64,000 bases of DNA from Octopus vulgaris (GCA_951406725.2 OX597818.1:104656001-104720000), one strand, 5' to 3'; positions 39,105 through 53,518 are shown, counted from the stretch's first letter. The notes: generated by a model from the sequence alone, not told the origin. Numbers and translations: made by a program.

Positions 39105-39318
39105 TCTTCTTCTTCTTCTTCTTCTTCTTCTTCTTCTTCTTCTTCTTCTTCTTCTTCTTCTTCTTCTCCTTCTTCTTCTTCTTCTTCTTCTTCTCCTGCT
39201 TCTACTACGTCTTTTTCTTCTCCTGCTTCTACTCCGTCTTTTTCTTCTTGAGTTTCTTCGTCATTTTCTTTTTGGCTGTCGTTTCGTCAGTATCTTCCCT
39301 CTTCTTCTTCTTCTTCTT

Positions 39319-39349
<31 letters not shown>

Positions 39350-39877
39350 TATCATCTTCTTCTTCTCCTTCTTCTTCTTCATCTTCTACTACTTCTTCTT
39401 CTTCTCCTTCATCTTCTTCTTCTTCTTAATCTTCTTCTTCTTCTCCTTCATCTTCTCCTTCATCTTCTTCTCATTCTTCTTCGTCGTCGTCATCGTCTTC
39501 CAATTCTTATTCTTGAGCTTCTACTTATTCCTCATCATTTCCATTTTCTTTTTCCGCCGTCATCAACATCATCATCATCAATATCATAATTACCTTCACA
39601 TTTTTCTTCTTAATCTTACTCTTCTTCTCTTGCTGCTGTTTCCTCTGTACCGTAATATTCTTTTTCCTCTTCCTCTACTTTTTCTTCTTTTCCTCCTCCT
39701 CCTCCTTCTTCTTCTCTTTCTTCTCTTTCTTCTTCCTTTTCCTCTTTTCTCCTACCTCCTATTCTTATTCTTGTGGTTCCACTTATTCATCTTCATCATT
39801 TACTTTTCACCATCATCACTCTCATTATCTTCCTCTTAACTTCTTCATCATCTTCTTCTTCCTCCTCCTCCTCCTCC

Positions 39878-39917
<40 letters not shown>

Positions 39918-39920
39918 GAC
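39105..39920. repeat. (CTT)n-rich polypyrimidine tract with (CCT)n and (CT)n
   Basis: Directly visible; the poly-L/F/S ORFs here are artefacts. Confidence 0.95.
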
Positions 39921-40339
39921 TCATTTTTCGTTTTCTTCGCACACTTCTTCTCCTTCTCTTTTCTTCTTTTATTCATCTTTATTTTTACAGCCTTTTACTG
40001 GAAAGAAATAAGTCTTCTTTTATAAATCTTTCCGCAGTTTTAATCAACCTTCGCCTCTTTTGAAATTTCTTCTCATCTGTTCAATGCACGAATGGCAAAA
40101 AGTCCGTCCAATAAATTCTTGAACGAACAAACTACTCACCTCCACCACATTCTATACATTACAAGTGAACCATGTCAGACGTTTGAAAACTGAACACGAT
40201 TTTCTGCCCTCGCTTCATTCTTCCACTTCTTCTTCTTCTTCTTCGTTCTTCTTCTGTTTCTTGTTCTTCATCATCGTCATCGTCATCATCATCATCATCA
40301 TTATCATCATCATTTCGTCTTTCATTTCTTTCTTCTGAC

Positions 40340-40394
<55 letters not shown>

Positions 40395-40572
40395 GGAGTT
40401 TTTCTTCTATTTCTTTACCTTTCCCTGCTTAATATATGAGTTTCTCTACGTGTCTCTCCTACTTCATACACACTCACACACACATACACACACAAACCTA
40501 AATATACACACATAACTCACATAAGCATATGCACACGTACACACACAACAGTCCCACACTCACGTATAAATG

Positions 40573-40626
<54 letters not shown>

Positions 40627-40662
40627 AATATATATACATACACAGACTTTTCTATACATATG

Positions 40663-40713
<51 letters not shown>

Positions 40714-41528
40714 ACACACACAAACACACACACACACATATATATATGCATACACACACACTTATGTATGTATGTATGTATGTATGTATGTATGTATGTA
40801 TGTATGTATGTATGTATGTATGGCCCTGTTCGTTCCGTATATTAGCATGCGTGTGTATTTGCGTTTATTAGTGTTTCTTGTAGTAGATTTGTGTACGGTC
40901 CGTCCTTTTTATATAAGATTCCGATTCTTGCTTTGTTTTTTTGTTGTTGTTGTTGTTGTTGTTGTTGTTTTTTGTCCTATTTTCTTGTCTTTGCTTTTTC
41001 TCTTTCTTTCTTTATTTCCTTCTTTCTTTTCATACTTTTATTATTTCTACTCAATTAATTGCTGCAGACGTTTCTTTTCAAAGAAAGAAATGAAAGGAAG
41101 TAAAAAGAAAGAAAAAAGAAAACGGAAAGAAAAGAGAGACGGGGGGGAGACTGTGAAAGAGACGGGGGAGTTTAGAGGGGGGTAGAGAAATGAATGCAAA
41201 GAAGGATCTCTTGTGTATTATGACAACAAGATAAATTAAATGTCAATATAGCCACAAACAAACATTAGTGTGTGCTGGTCTCCGTTGATATAATACCAGA
41301 AAGGCAGAGGGAAGCTTCTATGTGGTCACTTCACCAGCTATGAAAATAACAGCTAAATCTCTTCCAAATTTACATACTGCTGTCTTGAAAAGGGATTGGT
41401 ATATTGGATAATGAACTATAAAATCGATCGTTCGATGTCTGAGAGAAGGATGTGATTGCCATGTTTGGATGAAATGCAGCTAAGCATTTTGCCCGGTGTG
41501 CTAACGGTTCTGCCAGCTCGCTGCCCTG

Positions 41529-41570
<42 letters not shown>

Positions 41571-44470
41571 GAAACAAATAGCGATATCACGGAGCTAAAT
41601 GACTTAGTATATGCAGCAGCCAATGCAGCCACAAAAGAAGCTGGATACTCCCTCAAACCCATCCAAACAGGAGTACCACCGCCCAAACAAACCCTGTGGA
41701 TTAATAACATCCAAAACAAAATACAAAAAATGAGAAAAGATCTGTCGATTCTTAACGAAATCAGTAGACAAGCAACACTACTAAGCAACAAAAAGAAAAC
41801 AAAAATACTGTGCAAATACAACATCACAGAAAAGGATTTACCTGAGATAAAAGAAAAGCTAAAGCAAGATATCCTTGCCAAAGCACAAAGGATCCGCCGG
41901 TATGAGAAACTCCAACGTTTCTTTGAACAAAACAAACAGTTCAACTCCAACCCCAAAAAGTTCTACCAAGAACTTGACAAAAATAAAGTAGACATCACTG
42001 CAGCACCAATGGTAGAAGACGTGGAAGAATTCTGGAAAGGAATATGGTCGGCGAACGAACAAGCAAAAAAAGCAGTATTAAAACAACAAACATAGCATCT
42101 GAGCAACTTTGGACCCCCATAACAACTGAAGAGGTCACCCAGGCACTGCAAAGACTAAGTAACTGGAAGGCACCTGGGCATAACAAGATCCCCAACTTCT
42201 GGTTGAAATATCTACCAGGAATGCACAAAAAGCTTGGTGAAAACATTAACAACATACTGACAGAGCCAGAGACAATGCCTGAATGGCTCACCATCTTAAT
42301 TCCTAAATCCAATGAGACAACAAAACCAGAAAACTACAAACCTATAACCTGTCTCCCTACAATGTACAGAGCATTTACTGCAGTAATATCACAAGGATTA
42401 AACAAGCACCTGGACGAAAACAACCTGTTTCCAGAAGAGCAGAAAGGATGCCGCAAAGGCTCATATGGTTGTAAAGATCAACTAATGATCAATAAAGCCA
42501 TAACTGAAGACAGCCACAGAAAGAAGAAAGGCCTTAGTATGACATGGATCGACTACAGAAAAGCGTTTGATAGCATCTCCCACACATGGATCCTCGAAAG
42601 ACTAGCCATTAACAAAGTAGCACCAACAATTATAAAATACATAGGACGCTCTATGAATAAATGGCAAGCAGTGCTACAGGTCCAAACAAAAGAGGGACTC
42701 ATGAAAGCCAAAGCCATCCCCATTAGAAGAGGAATATTCCAGGGAGACACGCTCTCTCCACTCCTTTTCTGCTTGGCACTGTCACCTCTATCTGATATGC
42801 TAAATAGAACTGGATGCGGATATAAATGTTACGGCAAAACGATCAGCCACCTTTTAAATATGGATGACCTAAAACTATACGCTACAAATGACAAACAGCT
42901 GGAAACACTACTAAAGACAGTTCATAGATTTACCAAAGAAATAGATATGAAATTTGGATTAGAAAAATGCGCCAAAGTAACCCTGAAAAGAGGACAACTA
43001 GTTAAGAGTAGCAACATCACACTAGATAAAACCAATGAAATAAAAGAATTAGACCAAAGCCAAACTTACAAATACTTAGTAATCCATGAACTAGATAAGA
43101 CACACACAAATGAAAGAGAAAATAAAAAAAGAATATTATAGACGAGTTAGATCAATACTAAAAACAGAGCTCAATGCTAAAAACAAGATAATAGGTACTA
43201 ACACTTTAACCGTCCCAGTTATAAGTTACAGCTACAATATCCTTAACTAGACACTAAATGAACTGACCAAAATAGATAGGAAAACAAGAAAAATAATGAC
43301 AGGATCTAGGATGCATCACCCAAAATCTGACATAGAAAGTCTATATATACAACGTATAGAAGGTGGTAGAGGCCTTATACGGCTGGGAAACTACTATAAA
43401 ATAACCACCATAGGACTGCAAAAATATCTACTTCAGAAGGAAGGAAAACTGATACAAATAGCGGCAAAACACGAACAAAACAAAAAACTGTTCTCAGTAT
43501 TTAAGGAAGCTGACAAATACAAACAAGAAATCATATCACCTAACAGAAGAAGAAGAAGAAGAAGAAGAAGAAGAAGAAGAAGAAGAAGAAGAAGAAGAAG
43601 AAGAGAAGAAGAAGAAGAAGAAGAAGACGAAGAAGAAGAAGAAGAAGAAATAACAAAAACTATAAAACAAATGAAATCCAAACTAAAAATAGAACAGCAA
43701 CGAACCATGATAAACGACGGCAAGAAAAACCCCTTCATGGCAAATACTGGACTAAACTAAATGCAAAAGAAATAGACAAAGAAAAATCCCAGCAATGGTT
43801 GAGAAGCTCAGGACTCAAAGCAGAGACAGAGGGATTTTTAATTGCTGCACAAGACCAAAGCCTCCTCACCAGAAATTACCAAAAACATGTAATGAAAAGA
43901 AATATAACAAGTAACTGCAGAATATGTGGAGATGGACAAGAAACAATAAATCATATTATCTCTGGCTGCCCAGTCCTGGCTAAGAAGGTATATATTCACA
44001 GACACGACGGAGTTGGGACCTACATACACTGGAAGCTATGCCAACATTATGGAATAACAACAGAAAAAAAGATGGTATAGGCACACACCAGAAAAGGTCA
44101 CAGAAAACGAGAAAGCAACCATACTCTGGGATATGCCGATACACACAGATAGAGAAATTAAGGCCAACAGACCAGATAGAGTTGTCAGGGATCATGAAGA
44201 AAAAAAATGCAATACCAGCAGATGACAACGTGTCTCTAAAAGAAATGGAGAAACTTTCAAAATACAAAGACCTGGAAATAGAGGTAACCAGAATGTGGAA
44301 TCTAAAAACAGAAACAATTCCTATTATAGTAGGTGCATTAGGCATGATAAAAAAATATTCAGACAAATACATAACAAAAACACCAAGGACTTACAAACAC
44401 ATATAACATACAGAAAATTGCACTACTAGGCACTGCACACATCCTACGCAGAACACTTTCCATACAATAA
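41571..44470 (+). pseudogene. R4/Dong RT plus restriction-like endonuclease ORF, frameshifted
   Basis: ORF pieces 41730-42095, 42044-43141, 43296-43760, 43799-44080 and 44038-44406. Ends LGTAHILRRTLSIQ* at 44470. Confidence 0.9.
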
Positions 44471-44567
44471 CCATCAGAGCATCACAATAAATCACAGCAC
44501 ATATCCAAGGCACACAGAGCTGCTCTCGGTAGTGAAGTGAAAGCACGCTATAAAGATAAAACTACTG
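41571..44567 (+). mobile_element. 5'-truncated R4/Dong-clade non-LTR retrotransposon in (TAA)n
   Basis: RT motifs NWKAPG, YKPITCL, EEQKGC, WIDYRKAFDS, RGIFQGDTLSPLLF, NMDDLKL. RLE region CRICGDGQETINHIISGC, RHD, RPD, EKLSKYKDL. (AAT)n on both sides (41529-41570, 44568-44583), the known Dong target. Confidence 0.93.
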
Positions 44568-44581
44568 AATAATAATAATAA

Positions 44582-44612
<31 letters not shown>

Positions 44613-44890
44613 AAGAAGAAGAAGAAGAAGAAATTTCTAGAGCGGGGACTAGACGGTTACGTCATTCCTTATCATACAAAACACCTACATCACAGAATCG
44701 TTAGCACGCCGGATAAAATACTTTGCGGCATTATGTCCGTCTTTACGTCCTGTGTTCAAATTCAGCTGGGGTCAATCTTGCCTTTCCTTCGTTTGGTGAC
44801 GATCAAATATGTATCACTTGAGCACTAGGGTTTACGTAATCGTCTCGTCCCCGACCTCGAAATAGGAGGCCATTTTTTCTTTGTCTTCTT

Positions 44891-45231
<341 letters not shown>

Positions 45232-45247
<16 letters not shown>

Positions 45248-46019
45248 GAACTGTTAGCACACCGGGCAAAATGCTTAGCTGTATTTCGTCTGCCGCTATG
45301 TTCTGAGTTCAAATACCACCGAGGTCGACTCTGCCATTCATCCTTTTGGGGTCGATAAAATAAGTACCAGGTACGCACTAGGGTCGATGTAATCGACTAG
45401 CTCCCTCCCACAAAGTTTTCAATTCCTTCTGCCTAGGGTAGAAATATTATTATTATTATTATTGAGTGAGAGAGCAGTGCATGCCATCAAAGTGACACTG
45501 GGGTAAAATATACGAAGCCCAATATACCCATCATGACTACCCGTATGATAAGGGTACACCAGGCACATGCATCACAACCATATGTGCGCGACATGGTGAT
45601 CTCATATCAAGATAAACAGCACATGACCTTGCAGGTGGGGCCCAGTTAGAATTTTCTTCAGGTTGAGTAGCCCATCCCGCTCAAAAGGTCCCTGAATGAG
45701 GGTTGTTTAAGGATGTTGAAAGAACCACCCATGTTTCCAGAGGTGAATTATTCAAACCCCAAAGAATCCCTCTCAACACATGGCTATGATGCTCCCCCAC
45801 TACTTCTGCTCGTGATCAGAGATGCACATATCGTCAACCACTAAGGGACATGCTCAACTGGTTAAGGTCAAACAACTGATAAGCAAATCTGTGGTATTGA
45901 GCAGAATATTTGCTGTAGCCCATCTTTTATACCAAGACAAAACAATGTACATGATAACACTTCCAATCAGTTAAGATCAGAAGCCATGAGAGCCACTGCC
46001 TGGTACTGCATCAGGGCAT

Positions 46020-46113
<94 letters not shown>

Positions 46114-48262
46114 GACGGCGAGTTGGCAGAATCGTTAGCACCCCGGGCGAAATGCTTAGAGATATTTCGTCCGTCGCTTCGTTCTGAGTTCAAGTTCCGC
46201 CGAGGTCGACATGGCTTTTCATCCTTTCGTGGTCGACAAATTAAGTACCAGTTGCGTACTAGGGTCGACTATCCCACTGTGCCTATAGTAGAAAATATTA
46301 TTACAACAAATAGAGGTTTCAAATTGTGACACAAGACTGCAATATTAGGGAAAGCGTAAGTCGCTTATATCGACTCCAGTACTAAACTGGTACTTATTTT
46401 ATCGATCAAGAAAGAATGAAAAGCAAAGTCGACCTCGCTGGCATTTGAACTCAGAACGTAAAGCCGGAAAAAATGAAGAGCCGCCCAACGCTTGTCCGGC
46501 GGTCTAACGATTGTGCCAGCTCACTGTCTTTAAAATAATTCTTTCCACAGTCTGAATTTTTGGAGGAAAGGGCTAGTGGATTACATCGACCCCAGTACCT
46601 CACTGTTACTCCGAAAGAATGGAAAGCAAAGTTGATATCGGTGACATTTGAACGTAGCAAGTTAAGCCGTACGGATATGCCGCTAAGCGTTTTAGTCCGA
46701 CGTTCTATCCATTCTGCCATTTTGCTGCCTTAATAATAATAATTCTTTCAACTATAGGCACGAAGCCTGAAATTTTGGTGGAAGGGTCTAGTCCATTACG
46801 TCGACCCTAATGTTCAAGTGGTACTTATTATTTCGACCCTGTATGGATAGAAGATAAAGTCGACTTCAACAGAATTTGAACTTGGAACGTAGAGAGCCAG
46901 AGGATATAGTATGAAACATTTTGTCTGTCACGCTAACGATTCTGATAGTGCCCCGGCATTTTGCCGCCCTAATTATCATAAATGTTTCAAATTTAGACAC
47001 AAGGTCAGCAATTTTGATGACAATAGTGTCAGAGAATAACATAACATAGAATCAAGTAATTGACTGGTCGTTTATTGTATGAAAAATAAGGTCGACGTCG
47101 GCAGAATTCGAACTCAGAAGTTATAGAACCGGATCAAATAATAGGTATTTGTCTGACACTCTAATGATTCTGCCAATCTATCGCCTCACGAATACCTTTC
47201 TATTATAGACGCAAGGCCTGAAAATTTAGGAGAGGGGGCAGTCGATTAGATCGACACCAGTACGCAACTGGTACTTACATTTTCGACACCAAAAGGATGA
47301 AAGGCAAAGTCAACCTCGGTGGAATTTGAAATTAGAACGTAGCGGCTGACGAAACACCGCTATGCATTTCACCCGGCGTGCTAACGATTCTTATTTCTTT
47401 ATTGCCCACAAGGGGCTAAACATAGAGGAGACAAACAGGGTTAGACAAGAGGATTAAGTCAATCACATCGACCCCAGTGCGTAACTGGTACTTAATTTAT
47501 AGACCCCGAAAGGATTACAGGCAAAGTCGACCTCGGCGGAATTTGAACTCAGAACGTAGCGCCTGGCGAAATACTGCTAAGCATTTCACCCGACGTGCTA
47601 GAGATTCTGCCAGCTCGCTGCCTTTGCCTCACCAACAATGGTTTAAAATTCTAGCACAATGATCGCGAGTTCGATCTGGGGTGTAAGTGGAACACATCAA
47701 CCCCAGTTCTCAAATGAGAGTTATTTTATCGACCTCCGAAAGGATGAAAAGCCATGTCGACCTTGGTGGAATTTTAACTCATAATATAGACGAAATGCCT
47801 CTAAGCATTTTTCCCGGTGTGCTAACGATTCTGCCAACCCACCGCCTTCGCTTTACCAATAAATCTTTCTACTATAAGCACAAGGCTTGAAATATGGGGG
47901 AGGGGGCCAGTCGATTAGATCGACCCCAGAACGGAATGGATACTTAATTTATCGACCCCGAAACGATGAAAGGCAAAGTCGACCTCGGCAGAATTTTAGC
48001 GCAGAACGTAACGACAGACGATATACCTATTCCTTTACTACCCACAAGGAGCTAAACACAGAGAGAACAAACAAGGACAGACAAACGGATTAAGTCGATT
48101 ACATCGACCCCAGTGCGTAATTGGTACTTAATTTATCGACCCCGAAAGGATGAAAGGCAAAGTCGACCTCTGCGGAATTTGAACTCAGAACGTAGCGGCA
48201 GACGAAAAACGGCTACGCATTTCGCCCGGCATGCTAACGTTTCTGTCAGCTCGCCGCCTTCG
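45232..48262. mobile_element. dense cluster of SINE family B copies (+ at 45232 and 46114; - from 46315 to 48262)
   Basis: More than 10 repeats of the family B core, separated by (TTA)n. Further copies at 44690-44870 and 49255-49640. Confidence 0.85.
45464..46020 (-). mobile_element. 557-bp non-coding element inserted in (TAA)n
   Basis: Sharp-edged complex sequence with (TTA)n on both sides; no ORF and no TIR. Strand inferred by analogy with the Dong (AAT)n tail. Confidence 0.6.
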
Positions 48263-48342
48263 CTTTTACTGATAATAACTGTGGAACAGATACGTGAGTT
48301 TCGACGTGGCTACGTGGCATACAAATATATCCAGTGAAATCT

Positions 48343-48589
48343 CTTTACTCTTTTACTCTTTTATTTGTTTCAGTCATTTGACTGTGGCCATGGTGGAGCA
48401 CCGCTTTTAGTCGAACAAATGGACTCCAGGACTTATTCTTTGTAAGCCTAGCACGTATTCTATGTGTCTCTTTTGCCGAACCGCTAAGTTACGGGGACGT
48501 AAACACACCAGCATCGGTTGTCAAGCGGTGTTGGGAGGGACAAACTCAGACACACAAACATATGCACACAAACATACATACATACATAT

Positions 48590-48650
<61 letters not shown>

Positions 48651-48833
48651 TATATATATTTATAAATACGACGGGCTAGTTTCAGTTTCCGTGTATCAAA
48701 TGCACTCACAAGGCTTTGGTCGGCCCAAGGCTATAGTAGAGGATACTTGCCGAAGATGCCACGCAGTGGGACTGAACCCGGAACCATGTTGTTCGTAAGC
48801 AAGCTACTTACCACACAACCACTCTTACGCCTA
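48343..48833 (-). mobile_element. SINE family A, full length, empty target site
   Basis: Head TAGGCGTAAGAGTGGTTGTGTGGTAAGTAGCTTGCTTACGAACAAC is uninterrupted. Other partial copies at 35286, 36378, 49987 and 61524. Confidence 0.9.
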
Positions 48834-49621
48834 TTCTCAAAGATTTTCTAGAAAAAGCGATGGAAAATGAAAATGGAGACTGTTGTCTCGGAGGCACTCT
48901 TCCTGGAATAACAATAAGATGAAATGGTTCACCAAAAGAGTATCTTTGATCACGCCTTTGATCGACCGTTTCTTATAATCTATTGTCAATTCTTATTTTC
49001 ACATAGACAGCCGCTTCGTATTTCAAAAGATAACTTCCTATATGTCAATAGATATTTGATTTCATTCCAGTCACTTGTTGATCTTTTTTATGGTATTGGA
49101 CTCACGTTAATCGGTAGAGCAGAGAGTGACATGCTTTGCGGTATTTTGGTTACGTCTTCAAATCCGATCGAGATCGACGTTAACCTACATCTTTGTAGAA
49201 GTCGTAAAAATAGTTATCACTAATTTAACATTTACATGAAATACTATCATCAGTGGCTTCAAATTTTGGCACAAGATCAGCAATTGTCGAGGAGTGTAAG
49301 TCGATTTCACTGACCCCAGTGCTCAACCGGTGATTATTTCATGGATCCCGAAAGGTTGAATGGCAATGTCGAAAATGGTGACATTTGAACTCAGAACGTA
49401 AAACCAGAAGAAACGCCGCTACTATTTTGTCCGAGCGGTAACGATTCTGCCAGCGCACCGCCCTGATAATAATAATATTTTCTACTATAGGCACAAAGCC
49501 CGAAATTTGGAAGGAGGTAAGTTTATTTCATCGACACCAGAGTGTAACGGATACTTATTTAATCGGTCCCGAAAGGATGAAAAGCAATGTCGACATCGGC
49601 AGAATTTGAACGCAGAAATGC

Positions 49622-49968
<347 letters not shown>

Positions 49969-51064
49969 GTATAGATATAGATATATAGGACTTTCGATTT
50001 CCGTCTACCAAAGCCACTTACAAGGCTTTGGACGAACCGGAACTATAGAAGACATTTGCCCAAGGTGTCATGCAGTGAGCCTGAACCCGAAACAATGTAA
50101 TTGGAAACCAAACATCATGCAACACAGCTACACCTGTCTAATTAAAAATCAATATAAACATACATAACTCTTAATGGTCGTAGAGAGATAAAAATGTTGA
50201 AAACAATAAAAGAAATATCCTCAAGTTTATATATTTGTCGCTTTTAGATTTTAGCCCGAATTCCACCGAGGAATATTTCTGGCATTAATAGAATAACCAC
50301 TAGTCTTCTATTGGCGATGATTCAATAGACGTACTCCTCTCTTACAAAATACCTGCATCGTGCCAATTTGGGAATTTTATTAGTTACCCTTTTTTTTCAA
50401 TTTAGGGAAGTGTTCTGATCATGTAAACGTAAGCATATATATATATATATGTATGTATATATATATATGTATATATATATACACATATATATATATATAT
50501 ATGTATATACATATATATATATGTATATACATATATATATATATGTATATATATGCATATATATATATATACATTATATATATACATACATATATATATA
50601 TAATGTATGTATATATATATATTATATATATACATACATATATATATATGTATATATATGCATACATATGTATATATTTATGTGTGTGTGTATGTGTGTG
50701 TGTGTGTTACAGAGACGAGTTATGGTAATTTGATACCTTTTTTTCAATTCAATTTGGAGAAGTGCTCACATCATGTAAACACACGCGCAAATATATATAT
50801 ATAGGTATGTATGTAGGTATGTATGTATATATATATATATATAATTGCTAAAGATAACAACAAACAATTATATATCCTCGCTATCGGAAATCTGCAATGG
50901 CTCAATAACTACTGTCCCGGCTATAACCTTAGTAATCTGTTACAGCACTTACCTAGCATACCTAATTGTTGAGATCACTTGTAAACTAAACCCTCATATG
51001 TTGTATATATGTATATATATATATATGAGATAAGGGTGGCTTATGTATATCTATATGCTTTATG

Positions 51065-51134
<70 letters not shown>

Positions 51135-51337
51135 GAAATAGAAAGATGAATAATCTTGTTGCAGATTAATCAAAAGTTTAACCGATACCTTGGTAGCAAA
51201 AATCACAGCAGAAGACAGCACGGTTGGTGGTACAACCATATGGTGTTGCAACCGTGCGTTGGTGCGGATAATTGAATTTTAATATTATTAGTGAATTGAA
51301 GAAATGGAGTTGAACGAAGATTGAACAGAAATCGTTT

Positions 51338-51430
51338 TATTGCATTCTACACGTGTTTCGAAAGGCACAATTTACCAAATTCCGATTGAATAAGGAGACC
51401 ATATTGTGTCTTTCTCTTCAGGAAGAAATA
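51338..51430 (-). ncRNA. minimal type I hammerhead ribozyme (left pLTR)
   Basis: Exact reverse complement of 52791-52883. Confidence 0.85.
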
Positions 51431-51714
51431 GGAAATCCGTTGGAAAAAACAAAAACAGAACAGAGGCGGAGCAAAACAAATCGAACGAGGCTCCTAAGAG
51501 CCCATGGCCAAACTGTTTATCAATGTATGTTGAAAACTGGTGGTGGGTGCGTTGAAGGTTTTAACGGGTCAGGCAGCGGTCATTCTGGTGGGTGGGAGCA
51601 CGGGGTGCTTAGATATTCTTTGTGACCGAGACTAAAGTTCTGACTATTTAAAGAATATTAGGTGTATTATATGGGACGGAATAACCCCTAATTCCGTTAG
51701 TTAATAGTGACGTA

Positions 51715-52203
51715 GTGGAAAATAAAGTAGTAAGCGGCTGCACTTCTCGCAACAAATATAGTAACAGTAACACAGTTCTAATTTCAGAAACTAATCCTAA
51801 TAGAATAAAGTTCACGTCGGTGAACTCCAAGATCAGAAACGCCGTCTACCAATGTAAGGTTTACACGGACTCAGATGTCTACTCTTATGTCGGGGCCTCA
51901 TCGTCAAGATTGTCATCACGAATCTCCAACCATTACGCAACTTTTCGAGACGTGAATAAATGCCAGACCACGGGACTTAGCAAGCTAATATGGCGATTGA
52001 AGAATACGAACTCAAGCTACAGCCTGGAATGGTCAATTTTGTCGGTAGCCCTCCCATTTGACAGGGGCAGAAGGAAGTGCAACCTTTGTGTCTCCGAACT
52101 CTTCCATATATTGTTCGCCAGAGACCGGATGGTAAACGGACTTTTACAGTCGGCTTTTCGATGCCCCCACTGGCGGCGTTATACTTATCTTGCTTATAAA
52201 TAA
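51715..52203 (+). CDS. Penelope GIY-YIG endonuclease domain (C-terminal remnant, RT absent)
   Basis: AVYQCKV..YVGASS..RISNHYATF..TGLSKLIWRLK..LEWSIL..CNLCVSE..CPH is the Neptune-like PLE GIY-YIG pattern. Frame is open but 5' truncated. Confidence 0.85.
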   Translation: MENKVVSGCTSRNKYSNSNTVLISETNPNRIKFTSVNSKIRNAVYQCKVYTDSDVYSYVGASSSRLSSRISNHYATFRDVNKCQTTGLSKLIWRLKNTNSSYSLEWSILSVALPFDRGRRKCNLCVSELFHILFARDRMVNGLLQSAFRCPHWRRYTYLAYK

Positions 52204-52790
52204 CGCTTATAAATAATACCTGCACCCGGTTACACTACTTATATGAAAATAGCCCTTGGAAATAAATTCTGAAAAACTTTTAAGAGAAATATGATTAACC
52301 ATTGCAAGGGGAATTACTCCTGGGAGACGAATGGTGGTTTGTCTTGACGACGGGGGGTTTCTTTGACAAGGCAGGTTTAGACGAACACACGCACACATAA
52401 AAAATTTTTTTCTGCCACCCGACCGATTTTACAGCAGTGACCATTGTGTAGGGCTGTTTACCAACTGACGGCCACGTGATCAAACGCACATACGAACACA
52501 TAGAACAGTACACACACACATGTTTCTAAGTAGATTTCGCCTCGCCCCATATAATACACCTAATATTCTTTAAATAGTCAGAACTTTAGTCTCGGTCACA
52601 AAGAATATCTAAGCACCCCGTGCTCCCACCCACCAGAATGACCGCTGCCTGACCCGTTAAAACCTTCAACGCACCCACCACCAGTTTTCAACATACATTG
52701 ATAAACAGTTTGGCCATGGGCTCTTAGGAGCCTCGTTCGATTTGCTTTGCTCCGCCTCTGTTCTGTTTTTGTTTTTTCCAACGGATTTCC

Positions 52791-52883
52791 TATTTCTTCC
52801 TGAAGAGAAAGACACAATATGGTCTCCTTATTCAATCGGAATTTGGTAAATTGTGCCTTTCGAAACACGTGTAGAATGCAATA
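52791..52883 (+). ncRNA. minimal type I hammerhead ribozyme (right pLTR)
   Basis: TTC-CTGAAGA-GAAAGACACAAT(..)ATTGTGCCTTTC-GAAA-CACGTG-TA|GAA. Intact core, 12-bp stem II with one mismatch, palindromic stem III ACACGTGT, predicted cleavage after 52873, AATAAA at 52880. Confidence 0.88.
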
Positions 52884-52933
52884 AAACGATTTCTGTTCAA
52901 TCTTCGTTCAACTCCATTTCTTCAATTCACTAA

Positions 52934-53001
<68 letters not shown>

Positions 53002-53233
53002 CGTATATATATAATAAATGGGTAAAATTAAATAATTTACAAAGTAGTTCGGTACGTTAAAATAACCTTTTTAGGTAAGTTTATACAATTATTCTATAAT
53101 TATAATCAGGGGCCAGCTAATTGCTTGAACGAATTTAGAAATTCATTAATTTGTCAAAAACAGTTAATCCATTATTAAGGGGTTAATTAACGCCAAACAA
53201 GTAAATATTTGCAAGTTGTATTTATAGAATATT

Positions 53234-53273
<40 letters not shown>

Positions 53274-53518
53274 AGCAAGTCTGAGTTTGGGAATCGAAGC
53301 CATCCTGTTATAATGTATCAAAGAATACCCTACATTTCTATTGAGTCCTATAATTTAACACCTCCGGTGAATCAACAGAGATTCATATATATATGTATAT
53401 ATACATACACACACACACACATATATATAGTTGAAATTTACAGAAAAATAAAAGACGAAGCCAGGTGTATAAGCAACAAACAGGTGTCTTAGTTTGACGC
53501 TCGGGAATGTGAGGAAAG

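Larger units (their letters stand above)
51132..52941 (+). mobile_element. 5'-truncated Penelope-like element with inverted pLTRs, in (TA)n
   Basis: GIY-YIG ORF. 396-bp inverted repeats 51280-51675 / 52546-52941 (one difference seen). A hammerhead in each arm. (TA)n on both flanks. Confidence 0.92.

Noticed and set aside
45975-46000. Faint resemblance of the minus strand to the U2 snRNA 5' end
   Set aside because: Too many mismatches, and no branch-point recognition sequence GTGTAGTA.
51353-51625. Twin 90-aa ORFs (51353-51625 + and 52596-52868 -)
   Set aside because: They are antisense readings of the Penelope inverted arms, with no protein motif.
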